This document shows positions 1 to 12,744 of a stretch of DNA of 64,000 nucleotides, piece by piece. The first letter of the stretch is position 1; each line of letters begins with the position of its first letter. A program made the position numbers and the translations under genes. The stretch is from positions 1 through 64,000 of the forward strand of contig JALGPX010000064.1 of the NCBI GenBank assembly GCA_023515795.1. Reading direction: 5' to 3'. The DNA comes from Amoeboaphelidium occidentale (lineage: Eukaryota). The notes beneath the pieces were generated by a model. That model did no database searches and was not told the DNA's origin. It saw nothing but the letters and a program-made list of their open reading frames with translations.

Positions 1-200
1 AGATGTGCTCGTTGTGTGATCATGAACTGGTTCAATTTCGATTCTGGTCGATCAAGAGTTGCAACAATAACAACTGCTGGAACCGCTGGAATCGAGATGT
101 CAATGCAGCCAGGAATATCATGCGCGTTTTCCTTCATATGAATGCTAATGGTGGTTACAGGCCTGAAGCGTTCCGAAGGGGAAACCCGCATGGTAACTGA
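1..200 (+). CDS. C-terminal fragment of a Fanzor1-like (TnpB-derived) RNA-guided endonuclease, truncated by the window start
   Basis: Zn-finger CSLC...SC(NNNN)C, then RuvC-III WNRDVNAARNI and the Fanzor1-type tail RPEAFRR; stop TGA 198-200. Confidence 0.8.
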   Translation, partial: MCSLCDHELVQFRFWSIKSCNNNNCWNRWNRDVNAARNIMRVFLHMNANGGYRPEAFRRGNPHGN

Positions 201-211
201 AACAACAACAG

Positions 212-345
212 CCTCATGTGGTCATGGTGGAGAAGTCTAGGCGGAGGCAGCCAAAGATGACTCTCATGAAAGCCATGATCAGCGATAGCTCATCACTGTA
301 GTAATATGGTGATGGGTGCTTTCGTGTACAGTGTTTTTCTTGGAA
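212..345 (+). ncRNA. Candidate omegaRNA scaffold and guide of the Fanzor1-like gene
   Basis: Nested stem GGTCATGGT(220-228)/GCCATGATC(272-280) with inner GAGA-AGTC/GACTCTC; 13-bp hairpin 288-300/305-317 closed by a GTAA (GNRA) loop with G-U pairs; directly downstream of the stop. Confidence 0.6.
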
Positions 346-1184
346 TTGATCAAGGTAATTTTTTATTTTGTTTTGATCGCGTTGCTTACTTTCAGGAAAA
401 TACTGTAACTACGATTATGGGAGTTCTACAATATTTTGTTCAACATAGACTGCTACTTGGTGAAACAATTATGTGATGATCTCACTGGAATCAGTTGTCA
501 TATCGTTGGCAGACGCTCTGCATGGTTCATGAATTTCGTTGTGGGTTTTGTCAGCTAACAGTTTCTAATCAGGACAAGCTGATTTTCGAAATATTTTATC
601 CAATGGGATCGGAAGCAAGACACTCTTGGCGTTGTATTCTTTGATTTACGAAAACGACTGCCTCCCATCTTTGCACAGAAGCGTCACTGTATAATACGAC
701 CTCAGCCAGTTGAAAAAGGAAGTTTCATCAAGTATGATGCAGGATTAGTGGTCTTTAAGAACTTTTACTCGTTGATACTGCAACTGTTGAAATCGTGCAA
801 GTCAAATTGTATTTCATATGGTGATGGGACAAAATGGAAGCACAAATTACGAAGTTGGCTATCTCCTTGCCTTAACATTGTGCACAATGGAGGTTTCATG
901 GGATGCGCTCGAAGCAAGACGTGTTATGTGAATGAACTTGGCATGTACAAACGGAAATCGGATTCAGTCGCATTTATTGCATTAATTTCTTTGTATCCAA
1001 TTAAGAGGTTGATACATTTTACACTGCAATCCGTGGACTGCAATAAGTGCATGATTATGAATAGGGCTGATAATATAAGTAAGATTTTTGCAGTTTCACG
1101 CTGAATTCTCAATTAAGATATATCAGAGTTGATCATACAGTGTAATTGCAGTACAAAATGATGTTTGGCAATAAATAGGTGTAT

Positions 1185-2251
1185 CTATTGTTGGTTCGAG
1201 AACAAGAGGTTGAGAGCTGCTTCAACACTTCCACCTGACGCCAGCAAAGCGCGCAAACATTTCTCATCATCTGTAAACCCCATATCATTCAGAACCTTTA
1301 ACTCATTCGAATATTTAATTTTGTATGAATCCCAATTGAAGGCAGCATTCTGTTGTGGTTGTGCCGTGAAGCTTGGCTGCACTGGAGAGTTGATTTGAGG
1401 CGGACCGAACATAAAAGGTTGAAATCCAAAAGGAAGAAAGTTTGAATTGCTAGCAGGCGGCGCTTGTATACTTGCGGAGCTCTCTCCTGTAGCACTCCAC
1501 GGATTAGGCAAAGCAACATCATTAACGCGGTCTTTAGGAATAGATTCAACCTTCAACTTCTTTGCCATTTCTTCATTCTTACGTTCATCTTCTTTAACTT
1601 TCTACAGAAATGAGTTGAAACGATGTATTAAAAATTAACCTCTGGGTCTAGACCTGTGCCTGAAGCATCATTCATGGTGCCGTATAACTGGCGCATGGCA
1701 TCGAAGCCACCAGGAATTGTATCAAGTCTCGCCATAGCCGTATCAGCAGAGCGCATCATTTCTTTCATGCGAGCAGGATTGCTCATATTCTGCGCCATTT
1801 CCTGCAAGAACTTCTTTGACTTGAACAAATGGCCCAATTCCGGATTCTTCTCCGTCATCTCTTTAAATTGAGGATTACTCATTAGGATGGCTTCCATAAG
1901 TTCGGGGCTTGAAAACAATTCTTGGAACATTGGATTGCCAGACATCATTTTAAGCAGCTCGTCCTTTGAAGACTCAGGCTCGGCTGGTTTAACAGGTGAA
2001 GAAGGACCAGAGGCAATATTGACGGCCAGCTTTGTAACGTAAACTTTGTTCGAAGAGATAAGTCCGTATTGTCGCAAAGTGAAGAAGTCTTCCTGCAGAA
2101 CTTTGCCACTCACAACTAATCGAACATACTTTGGCTCCATGTTCACCATCTCCGCTATCCTTTCCCGTAACTCCGAAACTAAAGTATCCTCTGATAACTC
2201 CAGTTGACCCTCGGTTCTAAACTGAAATACAACTTCCAAGCAAAACGTCAT
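1185..2251 (-). CDS. DSK2: Ubiquilin/Dsk2 (UBL-STI1-UBA); intron 1602-1639
   Basis: N-terminal UBL (RLVVSGKVLQE), STI1 repeats (NPELGHLF, IPGGF), C-terminal UBA (LNDMGF...RALLASGGSVEAAL); 38-nt intron joins the two ORFs in frame. Confidence 0.9.
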
Positions 2252-2447
2252 AAATCAGATTAGAGTATGGTTGTGGCCTGAATGCATCATAATAGTTCAG
2301 CGCGCCATAAGTAATGCTTCAATACTGTGCCTAAATCGAACGATCTATTGAATACCCCTATGGGACAACTGAAACGTGACGCTAACTGACATACTGAACG
2401 TTCCTCTGAACCTCTTGAATCTTGATTTCAATCCAAAGACATTTCAA

Positions 2448-3145
2448 ATGCGATTAATACCAAATACAAAAGCGACATTTGGTAAACAGCTCCCTCAGCG
2501 TGTTTCCATGCTGAAGAATCTCGTATCTCGACTTATCATTAATGAACAAGTCGTCACGTCGAAAGCACGCGCTTTAGCTATAAGACCTATCGCTGAATTG
2601 ATTATCAGTAATGCTCTATCCGGAAAGCAAGATTTAAAAGCGGAAGCAGAAGAATGGCTAGTGGTAAGCACTCTAAAGTATCTTAGACCACTCATTATTA
2701 GAATCACCAAAGAACTTTGCCTGTGCTTTACGGACCATTGATGGAAAGGTACAAAAAGATCAACACGAATACAAAGTACACCAGAGTGTATAATTTATTG
2801 CATCGCCAGTATCATCACGTACCAATGGCTGTTGTCGAATTAGTTGGTGGTCCAAGAGATACTTTGATTAACCTAGAGAAATACAAGGAAGAGCTAGCAA
2901 AGTTCAAAGAGCAGAACGGTGACTTATTCAGCCTGGACCCAGATCAACTGGTACAATCTCTGGAAACGAAACCTAGAGGAAGAATGCATAAGCATCACAA
3001 GGAACAGAAGGAACGAAAGCAAGAAATTGACGAAAAACTTCTTAAGGTTGGTAGAATGAAGTGTGAGCATATCATGAATAGTTTTGCTTTGCACGCCGTT
3101 GGAAAGCTGCCTGTAGAGGTCCAGCCAGAGTTTTGGGTTCGCTAA
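2448..3145 (+). CDS. MRPL17: Mitochondrial ribosomal protein bL17m; intron 2664-2701
   Basis: R.SMLKNLVSRLI.NEQVVTS.ARA, YTRV and PMAVVELV motifs of L17; in-frame splice. Confidence 0.8.
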
Positions 3146-3186
3146 AGCCTCACTTTAATATAATACGTAATAGTTTTTCGCAACTC

Positions 3187-6100
3187 ATGAACCACTCCAT
3201 CAAGACAGATCCTGCATTGTTCGAAACTCCGACTTTTAAGTTGGCTCTACAGCAAACCAGTGGCGGCTTAGAAGAACTGGACCATATCATATCTCTTGTA
3301 ATCGAGAAGACGCAGAGCGCATGCCAGATAGCGACAGGTTAGTTTACACGCCACAATTCTAATCCAGCGCAGAACTTAATTCGGCATATTTATCTGTGGT
3401 CAGGGAAATTACCCGGTTAAAGACGCTTTACCGGTTGGACCAAGCGAGCGATGACCAACTTTTGAAGGATTGCGTGGACTTTGGGAAAGATGATAAGATC
3501 CATAACTTTGGTAACAACCGTGCGATCCTTTCAGTTTAATATTTTTAAAGTTGGTGTTCTATCTTCCCTTGCGCAGTTTCTTGTTGATATGCAGTGCTCG
3601 CTTGAAAGCAAAGTCACTAGCTTGAAGGAACAGTTTCTGGAGCCATTGATAGACTTTCAGAATAAGTCGCACCATCTGGAAAAGGTTATCTACTCTTTAT
3701 ATCAAATGAATATAACGTGTAGAACGCCAAAAAGTTGTATGAGAAAAGCTCAGATGATTACGAAACAAGTTTAGCAAAATACTTGTCTGCTTCAAGGAAG
3801 AAGCCTAATGTTGAAGCTGCCCTGCAGTTGTACAACACGAAAGCGAATTGGCTTAAAGCAAATCACTTTTACGCATCATCTTTGAATTCTATTAATTTGG
3901 CAAAGGAGGATATTTTCTTGCATGGAATCAAAATCGTTTTTGAGGTATTGTCTTCAAACGCGGATGCTCATGCAGGAGCTGATTTAATTGATGCTCTGAG
4001 AATGTTTAAAAGCAGCGCTGATACTAAAGAAGCAAAAGATCTTAACCTCAGTCCAGCCTCGCTAAAGAATGCCGACTTTGAACAGATGATGAAAGATTTT
4101 GAGAAAGAGCTGAAACTATCTTCTTCTAATATTGAAGTGAAAGATGACCCAGTTTTATCTGAAGTCTCAAAAAGTGGCTATTTGTGGGTCAGAGGAAAAG
4201 GACCTATGAAAAGCTGGTCAAGAAAATACTGTCGCATCAAATATCCTCCTGGCCATTTTTGCACGTTATCAAAGGGAAAGAGTAATCTGGCAGAAGAGGT
4301 CATTGCTGATTTGTTGGTTTCTAAATGCAATGAAGTTGAAGTTGATGATCGAAACTGGACTTTCGAAATAATAACATCTTCAGGGACACAGTATTTTCAA
4401 GCGGAGTCGGAAAAACAGTTTGCTGCATGGATGAATTCTATATTCTCTGTTCAAAATATTGTTAGTCATAATGTCCACTCTGGCGCTCAGAGCAAAATTA
4501 TTTCTGGAAACGATGATAAAAGAAAGGCCGTGTATGCAAAGTTATCAGAAAGAAATGATTCTTTGGGAAATATGTCATACACATCTTTCAAGTCGAGTGA
4601 TGAAGATCTAGTTATATCAGGTTTCCTTGGTATGAAACAATTTAAAGCTCCAAGAAGATTTTCTATTGGATCCAAAGATTATTCAGATCATTCTACGTGG
4701 AGAACGGTCAAGTTAGAATTACTTTCTAACGGAAAGCTATTCCAGCAGCTGATAAGTGATGGCAAGAGACAAAACATGGAATTATTAGATTTGAAGTCAA
4801 AAGTACCAAACAGATACCACATTCAGTCTGTAGACGAATCCCTTTTTAACAAGAAGAACTGCATTTTGATTAATTGCTCGGATGGAAAGCTTTTTTATCT
4901 CGCAACTAATTCATATCAAGAGTGTAACGCTTGGTTGAATAGCTTGAAAGAGGCACTACAGGGTTATCTTCCTGGTAAGGATGGAAAGATGTTTCGTGCT
5001 TACCGCAAGCTGACTTTGAGAATAATTGAAGCTAGAGGTCTTCACACCTCAAGCGATTACTATTGCGAGATATTTTTTGGGTTTCAATTGAAGGCAAGAA
5101 CCAATGTTAGATCTAAAACCTCTGGGGAGCCATTCTGGAGAGAAGAGTTTGTGTTTGACGACATCCACTCTTTAAGACAGGGAGTTTCAATTGTTTTGGT
5201 CGAAAAATCGAAATATGGAAAAGAAAGCGAAACTGGGCGAGTTTATTTTGACAGTACTAGTATTAAGAATGGCGAAACAGAATCGTGGTTTCAATTGTCT
5301 GGAGGAGATAGTTCAAGCTCTATGAGTCTTTTGTCTAATGCAAACTCTAATGAGAGCAGTGGTGAAATCAAACTTAGAATCAAGTTTGAAGAAGAAGTTA
5401 TTCTCTCTTCAGATCAGTACGATGAACTACGTAGCATTTTTTCAAAAAAGCAAACCCCGATTGTTTATGATCTTGCTCAAGTGTCTCCCGATTTAGAGTA
5501 CATTTCTGCAATTCTCCTCAATATCTATGACTCTTCCAACAGCGCAGTTGAGTGGTTAACATTCCTTTTGGAAAACGAAATAGGAAATACTGAAAATACT
5601 GCTGTGTTATTCCGCGGAAATTCATTACTAACGAAGGCCATGGACACTTATATGAAGGTGTGCTGCCAAGAGTATTTAGAAGAAACTTTGGGCGATGTTT
5701 TANNNNNNNNNNNNNNNNNTGGAAAACGAAATAGGAAATACTGAAAATACTGCTGTGTTATTCCGCGGAAATTCGTTACTAACGAAGGCCATGGACACTT
5801 ATATGAAGGTGTGCTGCCAAGAGTATTTAGAAGAAACTTTGGGCGATGTTTTAAGGGAAATATGCGAACTAAAACCTGCTTGTGAAATCGATCCAACTCG
5901 ATTAGAACCGAAAGAAGACTCTGGCGCCAATTTTCAACGACTTAAAGATTATGCAGCAAAGGTCTGGAGTAATATTCGGAGTTCAGTGCCAAAACTTCCC
6001 AGGTATGCCACTATGTTTCTGAATAACGTTCTAGGGAACTTCGATTTTTGTTTGCTAGAATTGTCGATCTTGCGAAGACCAAGTTCTCACTGAAAGATAA

Positions 6101-6713
6101 TGAAAAGTCAGTGTATACTGCAGTTACAGGTTTCCTATTTCTGAGACTACTCTGTCCTGCTATATTGAACCCGAAACTATTCAGACTCTGCAGAGATTTT
6201 CCGGATACAAAGACTTCTAGAACTTTCACACTCTTGGCTAAAATCTTGCAATGTCTGGGAAATCTGGCGAGTTTTGGAATGAAGGAGGATTATATGATAG
6301 CGATGAATTCTTTCCTAATGGATAATAGCGCGGAGCTAATGGAATTTATTGAAAGCATATGCAACGTCACAGAGCATGATGCTTCATACACTGGGCACAA
6401 GATCGATGAAGAGAAACAGTTCAGCACATTACATCGTTTCATCAGAACCCAGAGTATTGACATCTACCGATTGTCTCAACAGTATCAAAACGCAGCTAAT
6501 GAATTGAAAAAATCACAGGGTATATCTGATGAGACATCAAGTTCTATTTCAGCATCAGAAGAGGACTTGCAACATTCACTGAATATTCACATTTTCGTGC
6601 CACCTAACTCAGGACCGAAAATCGAGCACTTGGAACAAAGAGCAGAGCAACTTAAGAATTTACTTAAAGTTTGCGACGCATTGGAGCAGAGGGTACAACA
6701 GAAACTATCATAG
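3187..6713 (+). CDS. Multi-exon BAR-PH-PH-C2-RasGAP protein (GAP1/Bud2-like)
   Basis: BAR-like N-terminal exons, PH (KSGYLW...WSRKYC, FQAESE...WMNSI), second PH, C2 (LRIIEARGL, PFWREEFVF), RasGAP (LFRGNSLLTK, FLFLRLLCPAILNPKLF); N-gap overlap at 5703-5719; start codon inferred. Confidence 0.85.
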
Positions 6714-7142
6714 ACTCATCTCGCAAAGAAGTTCCAACAACCGCTTCTGCTTCGCAATGTACTCGTAGTTCCGTGTTGGACAAAAGAAGTTGCTATTCTT
6801 GAATAGACTTTTAAGTACGAACGATTGCTTTTCCAGCATATTGTCCCATTTGGCGAGAATCTTCAACAGATCTTGATGTGAGAGTTTGTCGTTTGGCCCG
6901 TAGTGAGTATACAGCCTGGATTCAAACTGATCTTGCTCATCCTTCATAGATCTTAGGGCTTTTAGTATGTCAGGATTAGCTCTTATTTCTTGCCCAATGC
7001 TGATGAAAAGGTCAGGAGTGATAGGGGCGCAATAGCCACTATCATAAGCAGAGGCTGGCGCTACATTTACCACAACAGTCTCAGTGGGCTCCTTCGATGG
7101 CACAAGGAGCTTCAGCAATTCATTTATGCCCGGATTTGCCAT
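6708..7142 (-). CDS. Hypothetical 144-aa protein
   Basis: ATG-initiated ORF filling the gap between two genes, with its stop overlapping the RasGAP stop; no family recognised. Confidence 0.55.
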   Translation of the reverse strand: MANPGINELLKLLVPSKEPTETVVVNVAPASAYDSGYCAPITPDLFISIGQEIRANPDILKALRSMKDEQDQFESRLYTHYGPNDKLSHQDLLKILAKWDNMLEKQSFVLKSLFKNSNFFCPTRNYEYIAKQKRLLELLCEMSL

Positions 7143-7224
7143 AGTCAGCCAGAAAGCCTCTTTTCAATTTTGCGTGGCGTAAATTTCTGAACAAGTTTGC
7201 AGCGTTTTCCTCGCAAAATCAACC

Positions 7225-10200
7225 ATGTCAAATCCAAATCTTGGTTCATCACAAGTCAACCTCAATGATGAAGGGCCAAGTAAGCTCATACCACAAAGGG
7301 AACATAGATCTAACTTCTGTAGCCGTTGGTGGCAGAAAAAGATTGCAGAAAGGTGCTACATCAGCTGCATTTGGAAAGAATGCCCAGTGGATGGAAGAAG
7401 AAAGAAAGAACATTCAAGCCTACGAGTACCTTTGCCACATCGGTGAAGCTAAAGAGTACACTACCTTCAGATCTGCGACTATAACTCTTTTGTAGATGGA
7501 TCGAGGCTTGTATTGGCGAGAACATTGGAGAGATCACAAAGTTCGATGATCTACTTCGATACGGCATAGTTTTGGCAAAGCTGGCGAAGTTCTTTGAGCC
7601 TTCTGTAGTCAAGAAGATCTTTGAAGATCCAAAGCTACAGTTCCGTCACTCTGACAACACCAATTATTTCTTTGCTGCCTGCAAGAAGGCTGGATTACCT
7701 GATTTATTCTTGTTTGAACTTACTGACGTCTACGATAAGAAGAACATCCCTAAGGCGATCTATTGTATCCACGCCCTTAGTCACTTTCTTGCCAAGAAGG
7801 GTATCGCTCCAAAGATCAAGAATTTGGTTGGTCAATTGGACTTCACTGATGAAGAATTGATGAATACTGAAAAGAACTTGGCCGACTCTGGTGTAACTAT
7901 GCCTCATTTCGGAAATATTGAAGGTGCTTTGGCTAAGGAGTTAAACGAAGAAACTGATGAAGAAAAGAGACAGAAGTACTTGGCAGAGCACGAAAAGGAA
8001 ATCATCAAAGCGCAGTCTCATGTGCGCTCTTTCCTTGCTGCTAAGAAGTACAAGCACAAATTGCAGCTTTTTAAGGATAATGAAAACTTTGTTTTGAAGT
8101 TGCAAAGTCACATTCGTGGATACTTTGCTAGAAAGAGATACAATGAGCAGCTAGACTTTTATAAGCAGCACGAAGAGTTTGCGGTAAAAATTCAGTCTCA
8201 GGCCCGCAGATTCTTGCTTCAAAGAAAGTATCAAGAAAAAATTAAGGTAAGCTTTGCTTTGTGTTAATTGATTTGTAGAAAATGCATGGCAATGAAGAGA
8301 TTTATACTAAGCTTCAAGCTCATGCTCGTGGTTATTTGGCAAGACTTGCGTTTAAATTGAACGTTGGCCATTATAAAAACCCAGATAGCATTGCCAAATT
8401 GGTGAAAATTCAGGCTTTGGCAAAGGGAAGGATTATGGGAAGAGGCTATAAGCAACTTTCAAACATTGCCAACATCCCAGTCAAGACTATCCACCAATTT
8501 ATCCATCTTTTGGATGATTCTGATCAAGACTTTCAAGAAGAGTTGGATTTGGAGAGCTTGAGACAGTTGGTTGTAAAGAAAATCCGCGAGAACAACCAAA
8601 CAGAACAGCTTCTTAACGAACTTGACATCAAAATCGCTCTTCTCGTCAAAAACAGAATTACTCTTGACGAAGTTCTTAAAACTTCAACTCGTCAAAAGAA
8701 AGCGATTCTGGGGGCTACTAGCCCGCACTCATCTGCTGCAAACCTTCTCAGCCAGGAGGACTTGTTTTCTGTGTCAAACTTGAAGTCTTTGGACAAGGAA
8801 TCACGTCACAAGCTTGAACTCTACCAGAATCTTTTTTATGTCCTTCAAACTCAACCAAGATACTTGGCACGCGTGATTTACTCTGTCCGCCAAACTAAGT
8901 TGAGGAGCTTCATGGACCATGTATTACTTCCTTTATTCAACTATGCGAACTCTGCAAGAGAAGAATTCTTATTGCTGAAGTTTTTCAATGACGCTGTTAA
9001 GGAGGAAATGGTTGCAACTAATGAGATTTCTGAGTTCCTGAAAGGCAATCCATTGTTCATCAAACTTGCCGTTCACTACTATCGTGGTGCAAAAGAACGT
9101 CAGTTTTTGAGAGAGCTTTTGCAACCTTTGGTTAAGGAAGTTATCGGAAACGACCAGTTGGATTTTGAGACTGATCCTTTGGTTCTATACAGACAGGCTA
9201 TCAAAGAAGAAGAATCTCGAACTGGTGAGGCTAGTACCAAGCCTTTTGATATTCCTCGTGAGGAAGCCCTCAAGGACGCTGAAACACTTAAGGCTTTCGA
9301 GAAGAATATGGCCAATCTTCAAACAAGTGCAGACAAATTTTTGGATGCTATTGTTAAAAGTTTGAACAGAATGCCTTATGGTATCCGTTACATTGCGCGT
9401 CAACTTGAGCGTGAGTTATTGGCAAAGTTTCCTCCTCAGAACAAGGAAGAAGAAGACAGAATTTTGAGAGTTGTTGGTAACTTGGTTTACTACCGTTACA
9501 TGAATCCCGCAATCGTTGCTCCTGAAGGTTTTGATGTTATCGACCAATTGATTACGCCTCAACAACGTAAGAATTTGGCAGAGATTTCCAAGACTCTGCA
9601 GCAAATCTCTGTCAACAGAGCTTTTGATAACGAGTACGGCTACATGAGCCCTATGAATCCTTACATCTTGAAGGCTGCTTCAAAGATGTCAGATTTCTTC
9701 CGTGAATCCACTAAAGTTCCAGATGCTGAAGAGCATTTCCAAATTACTGACTTGTCTGATCTAACCAAAACTCAGAAGCCTGTTATCTACATCTCTCCTG
9801 TTGAAATTTTCAGTACTCACCAATTGCTTTTGGATTCCTTGGAGTTTCCAGGAAAAGAGAAGGATCCTTTGCAAGAGCTATTGAAGGAATTGGACTCTGT
9901 ACCTGGTAACATGTCTCTTATCGATTATAGCGGTGCAGGAAACACCAAGAAGGAAGAAGACGATAAAGCTGCAGGAAATGAGAAGAACTCTAATGAAATC
10001 TCGTTGGTTTTGTCATCTCGCTTTATGGAAAACTTCACTGCTGGTTTATTGGCTGGTGGAGGTGACAGTGCAGTCGAGTATAAGAATTTGTTCCTTGAAA
10101 CAAAACGCTTTGTATTGTGTTTAATCAGGGTTCAGTCTGGAAAGAACTTGTCAGAGTTATTAGATAAAGGAGTTAATGCAAAAGAAGAGAGAATTTACGA

Positions 10201-11042
10201 AGAGTTGCTTTCTCAAGAAAAGGCTCAACAAGATAAGAAGTCGAGAAGTGAACAAAAAGAAACTCCATTGCCTGCAAATTTAACTCTGTTGAAAGAGAAC
10301 ATCAAAGTTAGTCTAGCAAAGTTGGAGACTCTTTACAGTAAATTCGATTCTTTGGAAGCCGACAAGAAGCAACAGCTTGGCTTGATCAAGGTATCGAAAG
10401 AAAACAATTATCAGGATGTTCTGTCCTCTATTGGTCTTGACATTCGTAACAAACACCGTCGCAGAATTCAGAGAAGAACTGAATTGCGTCAATTGAACAA
10501 AACCATTCAAAATTTGGACGAGAAGATGAAGTATTTGGACGATCAGAAGCAAAGCTACCAGGATTACATCAACAGTTGTATGGCCCAACTCACCAGCAAC
10601 AGAAAGAAACAGGCTGGTGGATCCTCCGGAAGATTCGTCTTGCCTTTCTCTCCTCAATGGAATCACTTGCAAGATCTAAAGAAACAAGGAAAGGTTCCGC
10701 AGTTCGGAAGTTACAAGTATGGTGCTGATGTGCTTTACAAGAAGGGTGTTTTGGTCAGCGTTGATGGCTACACGCCAAAGCAGTAAGTTTATTCGTTTTG
10801 AAGAATGCTAATTATGTAGATTCGATAAGATCTCTCTCACTATTTCTTCTGATGAGACTGGTGTATTCACTATCGAAGTATCCATCATGGGAATTAAGAT
10901 GCCTCAAAAGATGGAGTTGAAGTTGGAAGATTTATTGCAGTACCAGTTTGACAATCAGCAGGTGATCCCTCTGTTTGATGGAGCTGCCAAAGTCAATGTC
11001 AATTTGTTGATCTTCTTGATTAACAAGAAGTTCTACAATTAA
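7225..11042 (+). CDS. IQG1: IQGAP (CH, IQ repeats, GRD, RasGAP_C), 5 exons; first intron 7280-7322
   Basis: AYEYLCHIGEAKEW, LQFRHSDN, IQ repeats, YYRYMNPAIVAP, C-terminal VNVNLLIFLINKKFYN*. Confidence 0.95.
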
Positions 11043-11076
11043 AGGAATAAAAAGAATTGTCGTTTTCTTCCTTACA

Positions 11077-11499
11077 ATGTTGCGACATGTCCTGATCCTT
11101 TGCACGCTGATTTCTGTCACCCTTTGTGCAAACGTTACGCAGTACTGCAAGTGCGTATGTGGAAAGAATGTCACTATTGATGCTGTTTCCAGTTGTGGAC
11201 TATGTGATGCAAACTTCTGCAAATCTAAACCTTCATGCAATGGATCCCCAGATGATCAGTGTGCTACTTTCATACACATATGCTTCGGTAAAGCAATTAT
11301 ACGGAAACGACTAAATGCCCTGTAGCCAGAGACTCACTGAAAGACCAGATCATTATAATTACATTTATTGTTATCGTTGGTGCTTTGCTGCTATATGCGA
11401 TGTTGTTTCCTTATGTTAAGAACTTTATAAAGGTAAATTTAGACATTTGATAATCTGAAATATCAGCCTGCTACCAACAGACGATACAACGCACTATGA
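11077..11499 (+). CDS. Small Cys-rich single-pass membrane protein, 3 exons
   Basis: Signal peptide, CKCVC...CGLC...FC, spliced CF-RDSLKDQ followed by a TM helix. Confidence 0.7.
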
Positions 11500-11816
11500 A
11501 TAAAGAATACTTTTTATTTCCAGGCCCATTGTGTTCAACAACTTTCACAGGGACAAATATCCTATCACGCAACTTGTGGTCAATTTAGTGAACTTCTCTT
11601 AGTAGTTTCAAACGGTTAATGTCCAGCAAGTTGACTATACGGTAACCCTGTTAATCATTATTACGTTAAAACTAAAGCGCGACATGAGAAAGCTCACGAG
11701 GTCCCTTCAGTTCAAACTTCTCGGCCAAAGTGCGCCACAAATTGCCATCGCTGTCATTCTTCGCGTTTCTTTTCGAGACGATTAAAGCTACTTAAGCATT
11801 TGAGTACTCAATTAAA

Positions 11817-12724
11817 ATGGCACAAATGAACGCACAAGAAGGTAACGCCCAGAGCCCTGTCGCTGAGAAAGGCACAAAAGTTTACGTTGGGAATTTAACT
11901 TACGATGTCACCAGCGAGCAACTGCACAAGGAATTCGAGAAATTTGGTGCACTGTAAGTTCTTAAGTCATTTAAGTGTTTAAATTAAATCTTTAAAGTCT
12001 TTCTGCATCCGTCAAGACGAGAAAGTTCCGAAAGTATCGCAAGAAGGGCGCTGCTGAGGAAGAAGCAACAGAAGAAGACAGCGAACCTCAAATCAGATCG
12101 CTCGGTTACGGCTTTGTGGTTTTCGAGAACAAGGCTGACGCTGAGAAGGCTGTTTCAGAGAAAGATCAGAAGGACTGGAATGGTCGCCCTGTCAAAGTCG
12201 CACTTGCTGTACCAAGAGAAGAATTGGCCGAGAAACCTAAGCGCGGTCGCGGCCCAAAACGCTCTGGTAGAAGAAAGAGCAAGGCTGCATCAAAAGACAC
12301 AGCAGGAAATGCTTTCGCTGATGCTGAAGAAGCAAATGGTGGTGATATTGAAGATGGGCCTGTAAACGAGACTCCAGCTGGAAAAGATGAAACCAAGAAG
12401 AGAAAGCCAAAGAAGAAAGCACAAAGGCCGCGTGATCAACCAGTCGAGTATTCAAAGACCATGGTATACGTTAGGAATGTTGCATTTTCCGTCACCAATG
12501 AGGAATTATCTCAATTCTTTACCGACAACGGAGTTAAGGTTGCTAATACTCGATTGATCATTTCCACAAGAAGTAAGACTCCTGCGAACAGAGGTTATGG
12601 ATACGTTGAGTTGGCTTCAGAAGAGGACCAGAAGAAAGCTATCGAGGAGCTGAATGGAAAAGAAATGAAGGAGCGTCCGTTACTTATCAGAGCTGCTTAC
12701 GCTATTGAGAAATCTGAAGAATAA
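11817..12724 (+). CDS. Two-RRM RNA-binding protein; intron 11954-11997
   Basis: KVYVGNL/SLGYGFVVF and VYVRNV/RGYGYVEL RNP motifs. Confidence 0.9.
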
Positions 12725-12744
12725 ACTTAAGCATTGTGTGTATA

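Noticed and set aside
327..691. Tc1-like MITE bounded by TA-CAGTG (327-333) and CACTG-TA (685-691)
   Set aside because: Inverted identity is only 5 nt plus TA with patchy extension, which is not distinguishable from chance by eye.
748..1112. ORFs 748-1104 (+) and 924-1112 (-) as genes or a transposase
   Set aside because: Non-ATG starts and no recognisable DDE, HUH or serine-recombinase motifs.
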